Source: Phoronis australis (Eukaryota > Animalia > Phoronida). From it: 64,000 nucleotides of DNA. The position numbers and the translations under genes are program-made. This document shows positions 1 through 13,597 of this stretch, piece by piece (position 1 is the first letter of the stretch; each line of letters opens with the position of its first letter). The notes under the pieces were generated by a model. That model worked only from the letters and a program-made list of their open reading frames with translations, ran no database searches and had not been told where the DNA came from. The stretch lies in assembly GCA_002633005.1 (NCBI GenBank), contig NMRA01000423.1, positions 137,294 through 201,293 of the forward strand, read 5' to 3'.

Positions 1-2293
1 AGGGATTGAAGAAGCAGTGTGTAGAAAATGGCCTTCTATAGATTAGAAGGAAATGTCGTTTTTAGCATTCTCGTCAGCGTCTCGTTGTGATGTACAATGT
101 AATATAGCTAAAAAATTTCTGACTGTGTGTTTTAATACCATACAGTAGTGTGCATATTAGACAATAAACTACTTATTTAGCTCAGGAACTACTTCGTGTT
201 TTATTCACTGTGGTAGTTGGCGACGTGGTGGTTCAAAACGACATTGAACATAGACCATTCTGACCTGGAAGATAAGTGGAAAAAGCTAGATGCCACGAAG
301 GTAACTGCATTATGGCAGACCTCACAAATAAAATGTGACCAGCGTTATCGTGCAGTTATGGAACATTTAAGCAGGCGCGCTAAGTGGAGATCTTGCCTCA
401 GTTAGGTAACCGTCACTGACCAGTCTCGTGAACCGGGCATTCGCAAACAAGTTGTCGTCAAGTTAATTTTGTGTTCCAGCGAGAGCACTGTACGTCTAGA
501 GCTGATTATCTCTGCGACAGTGTGATGGTTAAAATAAGTTCCTTCTCCGCTAGAGTCCTCATGTAGTGTACAAAATACTGCAAATTTCAATGCCATGCCT
601 CCAGTCCTGTGTTTTGTAGACCTTCTTACGAGAAGACTTCGCAAGATGTTGCCATGTATCGCAATCAAAGTAGGTGATCATACTAGTTTATTGAGGGAGA
701 TTCTTGCGTCTACGAAACTTTTTCCGGAGTTTCAGTCTGCTGCAGACAGCACTGCGCATGCCCCAAAAATCCTGAGGTCGCGAAACTTTACACCGCCAGA
801 ATAACGTTCAATGGAATAATAGCAGTACACTCCGGACGTGTAACGGACGTGTATGCATTGGTGCATGTTCAAAATTTAACGTTTTCCTATTGTCTACGGA
901 GGCTTAAACGCCTATCAGTGTCTTCAGCACACGCTTTCAAGCACTGGGGGTGAAGATTATAGGAAGACACATCTCGGTTTTACGTTCTACAACACATCAT
1001 CAATGAATGGAGGGTTGTTTCCCACCGTTTTTGTCTTGGAAGGAGTACAACGTCACAAATAGGAGGAAGTTGAAGTCCTTAGTTACATGTATGATTCGTG
1101 GAATGCCTTTTGATTTCATTAAACATGTCTTCCTAAACCCTTCTGTAATACCAGTTTTCTTCTTCAATTAAGATGTTGGTGTGTTCTCTGCATGCAGCGT
1201 GTACAGTGGCACCTATAGTGGTACCTTACATGTACTTCATATAGGGTGCAGTTTCAAAACGTCCACAAAAGCTAGCACGCAGCCTCCGAGTAAGTGAATA
1301 ATTAACCTGCATATCAACAGTTGTTCGGAGCTTTTTCATCAAAACTTCTGTCTTTGTTTTCGTGTCTATACATGTAAACATCTTCGAGGCAAATGACCGT
1401 AAACTTCGCTGTTGAAACAGGTGACCTAAAGGTGCCGACTTTCTACCAAGCTCACTTTGCCCGCTCAATTTGGCGGCCTTCAGGTCGCCAATACGACTTC
1501 AGATTGTGTTTGGTGACCTGGGAAAATTCCAAGTCCCCACGAGGTCGCCACTGCGAGTATCAAAATCAGACAATAATGCCCTTTAAATTCGTTTCAAGGT
1601 TCGTGTTGACTTCCCAACTTTCTGCTCTCCTAGATGTATTACGTTTGATTCACAATTGTTTCGTTTAGTTCGTGAATTCAGCACATTTGCCACCACGTTT
1701 AAATTACAGCAAAACAGACAGAAGTCGGAATTGTTCGGCAAAATCTGGCAAGATTGGTTAAATTCGCGCCACCAGCCCACCTTGGATTTTTGCCAAGTCG
1801 CCAAATGCGACTTTGCGTTTAGCTATGCGTCGAGCGCTGAGAGTTCATGAATGATCACGGTCAAAAAGCAATACTTTGGAAGTTACCCAAACTAATTACC
1901 AGATTATCGGTTTTTCTAAGCGCGTTTATCCATATAAAAAGCGAGTTTGTACTTATATTTGCTGCAGATGTTTCCAAATAAATTGTTTTTTTTTTTAGAC
2001 AAAGCGATGGAGTTATTCGGTTAATTTGTCAATTATTGCAAAATTTCAAGGTTTTCAAAAATAGGTTTACGGTTGAAATCAATGAAAAGTAAGCATAAAA
2101 ACGAAATATTTCTGAATGGAAGACGACAGAGGAATGCAAGCTTCCTGTGCGAGCATGCCAGGCATTACTGGAAATGCTAAGCTAATCTTGCGCAGCAGGC
2201 CAGCGCTCGATTTCGATCGCAAATGCGCATTGCAGTGACGTCACTCCTCCAACGTGTTTCAGGTGCTTGCCTATTCTCATATACACTCAAGGA

Positions 2294-2330
2294 CATGGGC
2301 GGCGCACCGTAAGGGGCTGCGCCGCCCATG
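2294..2330. mobile_element. 37-bp hairpin mini-element with 5-bp flanking direct repeat
   Basis: catgggcggcgca/tgcgccgcccatg perfect 13-bp inverted repeat; aagga on both sides; relatives at about 38697-38843 and 61635-61705. Confidence 0.6.
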
Positions 2331-2441
2331 AAGGAGAGAAGTTTCCTTGGCATTTTACACCCGACTGGCGTCCTCGGCCATCTTGCACTGCACAATAATC
2401 TGCTAGTAAGATTACATGTATAGCGCCAGATGGCGATTAAG

Positions 2442-2900
2442 TAAGGACCCTTGAAAATGCCCAAATTTGTCTAACTTCAGAACATCATATCTCAAAAATG
2501 ACTGATCGGATTCTTGAGGAAGTTTCAGGTTTTATGTTTTACACACTGTTCTCCAAATAATTGTTAACACTTCTTTTTAAGATTTCAACGTTTGCATTAG
2601 GGGCTACCAAAATAGAAATTTTATGATTGTTATGAAAAAACTGCGTAAAACAAAAGCGTACTGGTAATTTAGAAACGTGTAGAAGCGTTTTTGAGATTTT
2701 ATCCTCCATATTCATACCAAATAAATTTTAGGAATGTTATGAACACCCTTGTTTTGCTATGAATGCCTAGTACAGTACTTTTATTTTTTAAATTTCATAA
2801 AAACACATAGCCACTTGACCCAATTAGTGGACTTCTCAGTATATAAACGCAAATTCTACGCGCTTTGTATTTTCAGAAAATATATACTCTTAATCCACGC
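2442..2900. repeat. Dispersed ~450-bp repeat family (non-autonomous DNA element)
   Basis: Similar text (gga.cc..aaaatg.ccaa..tt.g..aa..ttc.gaacatc.tatc..., gcgtttt(t)tgagattt) at about 12200-12650, 19665-20120 and 53427-53870, and reversed at about 11640-11950; boundaries approximate. Confidence 0.6.
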
Positions 2901-3381
2901 TCATTCGATATAATAGTCAATATTCGGCATTTCCCGCACGGCATTATTTGTATGTATAAGTAGAGTTTGAGAAACGTTTTTGGCGCCAAATGGAACCTTC
3001 CCTTTTTGAATTTAACTGGAACTGTTTTTCAATTGGCCTAAAACCATGCAGGCGTATGCAGTGAAATTTAAAAATTCTTTTATCCACGGTAACCATTCAC
3101 CAATAACTTTATTGCATGCCCTATTTAAACAATCAATCAGCAAATTTAAAAAATAGACGTCACACGAACTTCATATCGAAGGACATGTGTCAATCAAGTT
3201 AGGTATCACCTTAATTTTATTGCGGGTTAGAGGGAGGTGAGTAGGGAATCAGCGAGTTTTTCGGTGTGATGCGTAGATGGCAATCATTATTTTTCAGGTG
3301 GTAGGAAAACGATCGATGTTTTGGTTACAATTATTACGTCAGTAAACGTTCATCAGACTACTCGAGGTACATGCGTGGTCA

Positions 3382-3635
3382 TTAGAAGGCGCTGAAGCCA
3401 ACAGGTCGAATCTTCATGCTCGTTCTTTTCAGGGAGTATCTGTGACCTTTGAACGAGTCCCAAGTGACCCCTTTGCCATAGCTGTTGTCACCGTACAGGC
3501 CGTTCAGGTTGGAGCGGTGACAATTAGAGTACCACCAGGCGCCTTTACGGGCGGCAGCACAGTTCATGCGGCTTTTGTCGTTATCATTGTCCATGGTGCT
3601 GAAGGCGCGGCGGTTGTGATAGTTGAGAGATTCGC
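3382..3635 (-). CDS. TSP1/fibrinogen-domain secreted protein, last exon (FBG C-terminus)
   Basis: Translates GESLNYHNRRAFSTMDNDND..NCA..KGAWWYSNCHRSNLNGLY..W..FKG..YSLKRTSMKIRP*, the canonical FReD C-terminus; ttcag acceptor at 3636-3637; TAA at 3382-3384. Confidence 0.95.
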
Positions 3636-3719
3636 CTGAAACAGGAGCCACGAATGCGTTTGTGAACATCATCTTAGTCAATTGGCCGTAATTAAATCAC
3701 TATAAAAGTCATCATGAAT

Positions 3720-3860
3720 TTCTTCCTCGCTCCCTCTCCACCCTTTCTTTACCCCTCTCCGCCCTCCTCTCCTCCGCCATCCTCTCCTCCGCCCCCTTTT
3801 CCTTTCCCCCCGTCCCTATTCTTTTTTCCTCCTTACCGCCATTACTCCCATCCTCCACCC
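3720..3860. repeat. CT-rich low-complexity tract
   Basis: Near-pure cct/ctc runs; explains the Pro-rich ORF 3714-3911. Confidence 0.8.
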
Positions 3861-4154
3861 GTTAGACATATTCGAAACTTGTTCACTATGTCACAATTCC
3901 GGCTTGAATGATTGTTATTTTTAACGTTGCTTTCCTGAAAATTGACTATAAGGGATCAATGCACTTTTGCATTACGCAGTTTGACGAAAAAGATAACTTT
4001 CTCATTTGAACTGTTATATGTACAAGGCAATACAAAACAAAACACCCATACAAGTGAGACAATCACTATGTACATGAACTGGAAGATATTTTTCCTTTGA
4101 AATATCAATTGTGCTTGAATTGAATGTCATTATTCCCATAAAATGGACTTTTAC

Positions 4155-4319
4155 CTGCATCTCCTAAATAGCTGCCAATGCTGAGCTTATATTTGCGTGT
4201 TTCTGAACCAATAGAGAACGCTGTATAAAATGCGTGCTTCTTGACACCATCGTGATCCTCTAGATCCACACGCAACTCGTACGTAGTCTGTCGCGTTAGT
4301 CGGTGGATGTTCTCGTTAC
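4155..4319 (-). CDS. TSP1/fibrinogen-domain protein, FBG exon
   Basis: GNENIHRLTRQTTYELRVDLEDHDGVKKHAFYTAFSIGSETRKYKLSIGSYLGDAG; AG/GT flanks, phase 1-1; absent from the ORF track. Confidence 0.95.
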
Positions 4320-5922
4320 CTGAAATGTCATAGATCGAGGCCTAAAGGCAGCGCATCGTATATTGTTCTTCGTGACACTCTTTCACTGCACTGTCACTAA
4401 ATTACCTGAATTACCTTCTGCGAGTGGGTTCACTGAAGATGTTGGGCACAAATCCTCTTGCCATAGGTACACCCAATGAGAATAAGCTGAAGGGTATTGG
4501 GGGCGATGTTTCCCGAAGTTAAGTCTTCTCACAGAACCCGGATATCCGGTGGCTGGAAGCTGACTGGCCAAGAACCTTTCTAGTCGTAAAAGGTCAAGGC
4601 TGTCACTGGTAACTGTGAAGTTGGTTTCGAGGCTCGTTAAAATATTCTACCTCAACAACACTGACGTCACATAGACATACAGTAGCTCCACACTCACAAA
4701 AACGACGGACCTGCAAACTCAATTAACGGTCACCCACTGTATAAAACACTGCATAAATGAAAAACAAGGTTCTGAGCTGTCAACTGTCAGCTGTACATGA
4801 AAACACGGCTTACAGACTCTTCACTTAGTCATATGTGAACCAGTGAGTCGTGTTTGTGGGTACGCAGACATGTTGTATGAGTGTGGGACGTGTGTATGAG
4901 TCGGTAAACTTGGTTTGCAGGTCCTCGATCAGCGTGCATCAACGCACGTGCCACGTTGTTCTAGTAGCCTGTAAAAAACGAACTATTTCGTACGTCTACC
5001 TCAGCGTTGGAACTGAAGCCAGAAACCTTTCCTCCAATAGTGGTCAACGTTATACTATGAATTGCTTGAGTTTAATCGAACTAGTAGCAGGGTGAATGCC
5101 GTCTGGTGAGAAGTGCGGATGGTGTGGTCTAGCTATTGGACTTGATCCAAATAACGGCAGTAAGTATGGGTCTAGTGACGCCGTGACAACATCGTGGTGA
5201 AATAACGTTGTTTTATCAGCCAGTAAGTAGTAGATCTAACGAGCCCAATGTGACGTAGCAGTACAAGCACACAAAGTTGTCTTAAAAAATGCATACGCAT
5301 TTAACAGATAGCACTTCATGTACACAGACTCCAATCAATAAGACGCAAAACAGCGGAATGATTGTGACACCAATTTTGTATCCTTTGAATTGTACGGTTA
5401 TGATGAGCTCGACAAGCAACTTAAATTCAGGTACGTGTGTAAAAAAAGAGAGCAGTGTGAAATTTCGCTCAATCACCATAACAACGAAGTTTTCAGCACA
5501 TTAATACTTGGCACCAAGAAAACCTCCACAAGTACATCTCTGAGCAGAACAACTAGGTGTGCAGCTTACTGGGGCTGTACTTTTCCGTCATTCTTGTTTT
5601 CCGCTACTAACGTCCAGACGTCGACATACTGTGTTTGATAAGCTTATTCACAACTCTTGAACGACCGTGCACCACTCGTGAGCGATCGTGACTTCTGGAT
5701 GGTTATCCTGATACTGGCATGTAAACATACACTGCCATAACTATGACAAAATGTCAGATTTTATTGGTATAATAACTGACATCTTTCTTAGAGAAGAGCA
5801 AGAGAAATATCGGTTGTTTCGCAACAAAACACGTGCTTTGACTAACAGTTTAGGTCAAGGTTGGTCAAAACAGGTGACAGAAAACAGGTCCAGACAAATA
5901 CTGTGCAATTTGTTGTACTTAC

Positions 5923-6019
5923 CCAACCAGAACTCTGTCGACAAATTTCCGAAACCTTGCTTATATTCATACCAGTTGCGATAAAAGCCAATAGAACCGT
6001 CTTGTCGACTTTGGAACAC
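5923..6019 (-). CDS. TSP1/fibrinogen-domain protein, FBG exon
   Basis: [33 protein letters not shown]; ag acceptor and gtaagt donor. Confidence 0.95.
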
Positions 6020-6401
6020 CTAGCATAAAGATGCACATGTTTGGATTAACATTGGATTAAACAAGTGCTGAATATAGCCGGGGTTAGTTTTATTTATTGA
6101 CATTTTCTTTTTGCTCTTGAACAAGGTTGTCGCCTGTTTTCGTTCAATATTCGCACCGTTTCCTGTCCCTTTCTTATGTGATAACCGATGGTCACCCCAC
6201 ACGGTGATCATGACTTCCTCACTGTTCTCCAACGATTCATAACTTAACGTCATAGAACGCGCCATGAGCCACATTTATCTACAAAAGGTGGGAAAATGTT
6301 TATCACCTCTCTATGGACATAGCATATGTAGTGACATAGCTAGTTTATTTGGGTGCATTTGAATACAGAAAGATCATGCCGTAAGCCACTTCACAACATA
6401 C

Positions 6402-6529
6402 CGTCCATCCTCCTCCGTCGGTCACCATGTCACAGTAAACTTCCATCTTACCAGCGCCATCACTCGGTGTAATGTTATAAACACCACTTTGTTTGACGCC
6501 TCCTTCATAAAGTTCAGAACAGTCCTTAC
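6402..6529 (-). CDS. TSP1/fibrinogen-domain protein, first FBG exon
   Basis: GKDCSELYEGGVKQSGVYNITPSDGAGKMEVYCDMVTDGGGWT; ttcag acceptor, gtatg donor. Confidence 0.95.
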
Positions 6530-7555
6530 CTGAAACTGTAGTCATAAATATAAGATTTTTCCGAGTTGACTGAAAATTTGCAAAACTCGGCTAGTTTCTC
6601 GTGTATCTCATAAAATTCAGACGATAAAGTTCATCCTCCACCTTAGTTTAAGAAACACCTGTCTGAACTCCTGTCCTGGCAGTTCAAACTCTTACTATAA
6701 ATCTGCTTTTCTAACTGAATTGATGTTAAGAAAAATAATATACACTAAAATACAATGAATTAATTCTCATAAAGCCTCATGTTTTGCTGTCTTTGTCATG
6801 TTTGTCGCCACTGTACGTTCAACAATAAACACGTTAAGTTTAATGCCACCCATGCATGGTGACCAGTCTCTAATGAAACAAGATCTCAGAGCTAGAACAA
6901 ACCTCCGGTACCACAGGCAAGACGAGCAGGTAAACTAGTGGAGCGCACTGGGTCTATGAGACCTGGATTATTTCATTTCCTTCCTATTTCATACACTAGA
7001 TATGACTAAAAAGAAGAGACATTCTTGCGCTTCGTTTACTGCTTGCAGTATATCACGTAACTTGAGCCATTTTGTACATTCATCTTTTCAATTGCAAGAT
7101 AACTACACATACATGTATGTGCAGAGAACCTGTCCTGAGGCAGCTGGGACTGCTTCAGTAGATGATTTGCTGAGGACCGATTCCATCTCAGGAAGTCTTG
7201 ATATTTTTCATGTAGGTTATATTGGACTATTTAGCGGAATACGACCGATTGCCATACTTCGAAACCATACGCGGACGTCGAGGGTCAACAAATGGCAAGG
7301 CACAATACATGTATGTAGTCAAAACTATCAAATCGTTGGTAATTGAACGTTCATCATAATTTGTCCACACTTGTGGTATAAAGTTGCGTCAAGAGATCTT
7401 AGACAGCGAAAATACTACATATGATAAAAACATTAAATTGCTCAGTTTGAAGTTTTGCTTCGTTGATACATTGCACATGCGCAATCAAGCATTGTCAGTT
7501 TGCGCCATCATTTGGAGATTTTACTCTGTTCCATGTTACGCTGCCGTTTTTATAC

Positions 7556-7726
7556 CTGGGCATCCAACGGTATTGCATGGCTGACTTTGCGAGCTGCTCC
7601 CGTTACAAGTGGCACCGCCGTTTGTAGGTGTGGGGTTGGTGCAAGTCCTAGTCGCTCTCCGTGAACCACCTCCGCAAGAAGCGGAGCAAGATTCAGAACT
7701 ACTCCAGGCAGACCAGCCGCCGTTCA
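7556..7726 (-). CDS. Thrombospondin type-1 repeat exon 2
   Basis: VNGGWSAWSSSESCSASCGGGSRRATRTCTNPTPTNGGATCNGSSSQSQPCNTVGCP; 171-nt phase 1-1 exon. Confidence 0.93.
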
Positions 7727-9605
7727 CTGGAAATTCAATTCAACAATGCAAATGCGCCCCCAGTTTCATGAACAATTTCTCAGACCAATTGGTCTGAGGC
7801 AATTCCAAGGTTTCAGGAAAGCTTGGTGAGCGAGTAGATATAGTCTTGAATTTTACGATATTCATTCACAGATGTGACTCCATAGTCAGATCGACACATA
7901 CAGTTTTGACAACAGTGAAGGATTTTTCCATAATTAAGGCACATTTAGCTGGACGCATATCCGTATAGATCATGATGCTCACCCACCATTTCAGAAAATG
8001 TGATAATCGCATCTCGTTAACGTTAATTACCATGAACATGGACGCCGATTCTAGAACAATTCGGGCGCTCGTGCCCGAAAGTGCACGCAAATTGGTCAGT
8101 CTCGTCCCAAAGCCTGAAGATAGCGCTGATCGGTTTAGCCATTTCAGACTTGGTTGTCGGACATGAAATGTGTCAGAATTCTGACACATTTTTATGGAAA
8201 TCTACGGAATACTACGAGTAATATAATTTTGAAATTTTCTGCAGTTTTAAATTAGAATGGAAACAAATAGTATATTGCAAAAATGATGTATTTTTATTCG
8301 AAAATAGATTAATTTCTATACTATTTATAAAAAATAATTGGAAATAAGTAGAAGACAAGTTTTTTTCAAACAATAATCAGTACATGGCCTTCTGCTCCAT
8401 GAATGGCAACAACGCCAGTGAAAATAATTTAAATCTGCTTCTGTTTTAATGACGTCAAGGCAGCGGCCAATCGTTGCGCAGAAGATAATTCCCATAACCA
8501 AGCTTTGAATGACAAAACCGATCAGCGCCAAGAGGCTGGCAAATTGGTAAGAATGCAATTGAAACCGCAGGCGCAGTATTGACATCGGTTTGCCTTCTTG
8601 GCCAATAGATGTCACAACTAGTTGACCAAGGAGGCTACAATGTGAAAAGGAAGCTTTTGTTAGGAATTACGTCCTTGCGGACCGTAATCGAGGACGATTG
8701 ACAGCTCTGGAAAGGCTTGGGTTCAGATTTCAAGTTTTTACTCGAAACGTTCCATGTAGTTGGTCAAACCTTGCGTCGAGTGTCAAGTACAGAGATTAGA
8801 TCCCGGGCGGTGCACTGGGATCTGTTTCATGATGGTGATTTTAGAATAAAGTCTGAGAATATGAGTTACACTACCCACAACCACATACAAAAAGTTTTGT
8901 CTCACTCCAGCGATCTAAAAGTTCAAATTCTCAGACGATAAACCAATAATAGCTAGCTTATTTAACGGGCTCTATTGCCATCAATAATTGTTTTCAGAGG
9001 AGATTTATGAGCAAGTTTAAAGGGATGCGATTAATGTCGTTTATAGTGACGAAAAAGATAAACAAACGCAAAACAAATTGTGAAAGATGGATCATGTAGA
9101 TTAGGAGAAGCGCAACTTGAAGTGAAACTTAATAAAGCCCAAAGTCACAAGTTTCTCCTTTGCAGCGTGTGCAACGAAATTCAGTACAAGTCGCGAAACG
9201 GGTGGTTACGATGCTTCCTACATTTTCTAACACAGTAGTGTCAATAACTCCTTCTTTATACGTTACCAAAAAGTCTTTAAAAACCCGAAATTTTTACATT
9301 ACTGACGAAAACACCCGGTCGCTACATGTACATTTTTTTATCTGAGGATCTGGCATAAAATTTAAGCTTAAAAACTTGATAAATAATAAATTTACGCCAA
9401 ACTGTTACTTATTTCTGAAAATGTGGGCAAATTACAACCCCACTATTCCCCCACTTTACGTAAAGTGCTACCGCCGCTCGATGCTACAGAATGGTGTCTC
9501 AGTAGTTGAGTGCTACATGTATATCCAATCTCTTAAAGCAAACCGGAATTAGGCAGTGCAATTCCTATGAATATGCTTTTACACTGCGTGTTCTTCAAAA
9601 CTAAC

Positions 9606-9776
9606 CTGGACAGCCACCAGTGTTGCATGACCGTGATCTTGAGCTATTTCCGGAGCAGGAAGAGCCGCCAAATGCTGGCGTGGGATTAGTGCACGTCCTT
9701 GTCGCTGACTGCGATCCACCTCCGCAAGAAACACTGCAAGGCATCCAATTACTCCAGCCAGACCAACTGCCATTCA
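9606..9776 (-). CDS. Thrombospondin type-1 repeat exon 1
   Basis: VNGSWSGWSNWMPCSVSCGGGSQSATRTCTNPTPAFGGSSCSGNSSRSRSCNTGGCP; 171-nt phase 1-1 exon. Confidence 0.93.
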
Positions 9777-12700
9777 CTGTAAATGTAAAGTGTCCCTTTG
9801 AAACAAATGGAAAAGTGTCAATTCAAATTCTCCTATCGTAAAATAATAGTAAGGAAAAAATTGTCGCTGCAACAGACAAATTCATATTTGTAGAATATAT
9901 AACACGATTGAAGGCGGAGCCTTGGTTGCGGGCCAAAGCCAACAATTGACCTATCGCCAGGATTTTGAGTGACGACTTAACAGACCATTTAGAACGCATC
10001 ATTATTGACACACCTTCGTTTCCAAGCCGCCATTTTACCCGACAAACAACACGTTGCACGTTAAAACTTATTTTTTGTTAGTCGACATTATGCAAGAGGG
10101 CGGAGCTTGCGACAGGTAAATTAGTGTTAAAAACTCCGAACATTTTCATTGTGAATGATACAAGATCTTTTATTACGAATAAGGTTATTAAAGCAAAACT
10201 TGGCAATATGATCGGCACAAGGTTTTTGCCATTATTGAGACGAATCTATGATTTCCTGTCCTTTGAGACCGATCTGCTGCTCCGGCCACTTTGTGGGCCT
10301 AATCCAGCCATACGGCTTGTATGTGGGTGTTAAACTGTGGCCAATAGGTTAACACGCACAGAGTTCAGGGGTCGTTTTATTTTCAACTTCGGTTCCTGTC
10401 TGCGCTGGATATTTGGAATATTGCGTTAAGTCTTTCGACTTGGTCGACTCGACAACATGTAAGTTTTTCTTGCGCGATGTGTTGAACGCAGAGTCCATTT
10501 GCAAAGCGAATATCCACTTAAAATCAAAACAGAATAACAAACATCTAATCAAAATGTGTCGATGTTGATGTCGTTGTTAACTGGCGAAAGACTGGACAGT
10601 CAGTTACGCTGTTCTGTTACTTTACTGTACACGCAAACACTGTCGCGAACGATGAAAGGGGGGGTTGGCTATCTCGTCAGGTTGAACATGCTGATCATTT
10701 TTACAAAAAAAGGACTCGAACAAAGTCTGATTAGGTTGTTTGTTGTCGGTGACTACCGACGATAAACTTCTTATGCTGTGAATGAAAATGCGAAAGAAGA
10801 AATCGAAGCTAGAATTTTCAACTATCTGACCGCCATTTTTCAGTCCACTCAGGATGGTTACTAACGGTTACATTTTGAATTTTGTGACAAACTACGGCAA
10901 AAAGGTTGACGCATTGCTTTGAGACCTTCTACACTGTCACAATTAAGGGATAATGTGTGTCCACCGACCATGCTTGGCCAGCCTTCCTCCCTGCTTGAGG
11001 AATTTTGGAAGTATGTGTAATATATTTGTTAACTATGCAATATAGACAACAAGATTTTTCGTGTGCACCATAGACATCATAATAATATGATGTCTATGGT
11101 CTACACCTATGTGATCACGTGATCAGTTGTTATTTTATGTATAGCTTCGGTGACAATATATCAGATGTATTCAGCTTCAACATTCTCGCACGAACCGACA
11201 ACAAACATCTCCCCAGCAATGAACACGAGTAAAAAACAGCTTCCTTTCCAGGCGTGATCAGGTCTCACAAAAAAACAAGACGCGAAACAGAACCACATGG
11301 TACAAAAATTAATACTGCACTCAACCAAACAAAAAATCGAGTGGAAAAAAGAACTGACCCGGATTTCGCCGGACATGCGTTTTGATGCCATTAGCATGTC
11401 AGCAGCGTGTTTCATAAATTAAGCCCTCATGGTTATGTTGGACCTTACCAACATGACTGTGCATTAGCTCAAGAACATAAAGCAAATTTACTGTTAGTAA
11501 AGGTTCATACTTGTTCAAAGTAGTCCGTCATTACATGTGTCACAAGTGTATGCCTTTTCATTGAACTTTAGTAAAAGAGAAAGTTACATTCACGGCAAAA
11601 CAATGACGTCAACAGCATGACCAAATGTAGTTGATATTAAAAGCTGAAAGATGAAGTATAAAATCTGTTTTAAAGTTTCCTAAATTATTTTTTCTTTTTT
11701 GTTTCAGGAAACTTTGAACCTTTCATTCAAATTCTATCAGCCCTCTATGAGATATGATGTTCTGATAATAGGAAAATCTATGATTTCACATGACGCTAAG
11801 TACAGATATTTAGACGAATATCTACATATATTTGTAACAGTAAAAGAACAAATTTTTTCAAAGTAATTTTTGCCAATCTGTCACGAGACCATGTATTTGA
11901 CACAAATTTAGCAAAGAAGAACATGACCAAATAATCGTTTAATATAAATATTCAAGATAAAATCGCAGAACGCTACATAACTACAGTTCCCTGTTTTTGT
12001 TGTTTTCGTTTTCGTTTTCGTTTGATGCAGCTTTTCATAGCTTCTTTCATAAGTATAATTTAAGTCAGAAATTTATAGTCCCTTACACAAAAATGGAATA
12101 TATCAAAAAACAATTCCTGCCAGCGTTTTGGAGATCAGCGTGTGAAGCATGCTATCTGTAAGTTTTATTTGAGTCTCTTCAGTCATTTCTGAGATTTCCC
12201 GAAGTTGGTCAAAAGTTCCTAATTTGACTTTTGGTAATTTGGATCGTCATATCTCTGAAATGGCAGGTTGGACTCTAATGAAAGTTTCAGACACTATTTT
12301 TAAAGCATTGTTCTCCAAAACATCATTAAAAGGTGTTCTTAAAATGCTTAATGAAGACCGTCTAGTGATGTTTGTGAAAAACATTGCATACAACAATAGC
12401 AAAATGACAATTTTGAAAACTCTAACAGCGTTTTGAGATTTCACTGTGAACATGCATATTAGAAACGAATTTTGGTCAAGTTGTTGATATCGTAGTGTTG
12501 CTATGATTGTACGCGTACCTTTCTTGTTTGTTAACTTTTGTTAAACAGACACACTGAAGTGATCCAATTAATGAAAATTGGTGAAAATTCAAACATCAAA
12601 CTCTGCAAGCTTTTTATTTCAACATATACACTTTATTGGGTTAAAATCACCACTTTTTATGTATTTGGCTGATTGCAGTAGTCAATAAGGTTCCACATCA

Positions 12701-12958
12701 CCTTAAATACATTTTGCAAACATTGTATATACATGTTCACAAACATAATTCAATACCATAATTATGATCGATCCGAATCATTGAAAAAATCATTACGACA
12801 CAGTAAGTTTAGGTCACGAGAACTGATGTGGCCTTGTGATTGGAACCTTACAGACGCGCTTCAATGGCATTCGTGTAAGATTACTGAATTTGTGGCAACT
12901 GTGAGAAGTGCATTCTTTGCATCAATACATCTGCAGATTTTTCTTGAGTTGAACTTAC

Positions 12959-13230
12959 CCTTAGGTTGAATTTCAGCTCTTTCAAGAAAAGATTGGAGTA
13001 GGGCAATCATGTGTTGCACTGATTCTTTGTGGTTTAACGCAGACCGAAGTTGGCTCTCTATATAGTCAAGCCGTATCTGAGTCTCTTTCTTTAAGGTGTC
13101 AAGTTGCGACTTTGTCTCCCGCGACTCGTTTTCACATTCGTTTAGTCGAGTTTGCGTCTCGTTCATCAGTCGAAGGTCATCACAAAGAGAGTAGATCCTT
13201 TCGGAGTGACTACATGTCACGTGAATATTC
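12959..13230 (-). CDS. Coiled-coil exon of the TSP1/FBG protein
   Basis: Heptad-like LRLMNETQTRLNECENESRETKSQLDTLKKETQIRLDYIESQL; gtaagt donor in phase 1 matches the TSP1 exon; acceptor position less certain. Confidence 0.7.
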
Positions 13231-13597
13231 CTTTGAACAAATCACAGCTTTCAGGAAAACACACTGCAGTACATACACTCAAACCACTTCATATCTTATC
13301 GAACATTAGTTATTTGTGCTGAAATATTAAATATTCAGTTTTGAACTTTGAAAACAAATACAATCACCTGAACATCAATGTTTTTCGTTGACAATATCGG
13401 GACGGCGTTGGAACTTCCAACTGGTGGTCGTGTAATTGAAATAAAAAGAAAGGACAGAAAATTAAAGGAAAAGAGATTCGCTGGCAAATACATGTGCCGG
13501 ATTCGCCACCGTCGTCGGATTCTTCTCTGAACCAATGCTTAATATTCCTACTTGGCACTGTGCATCAGTGGTCGCCAACTCATATCAGTTTCCTTAC

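Noticed and set aside
3714-3911. Proline-rich ORF
   Set aside because: CT low-complexity intron on the strand opposite the FReD gene
13368-13420. Possible extra FReD exon with a CAG|gtga donor
   Set aside because: No acceptor gives phases compatible with both neighbours; the signal exon splices in frame directly to 13230
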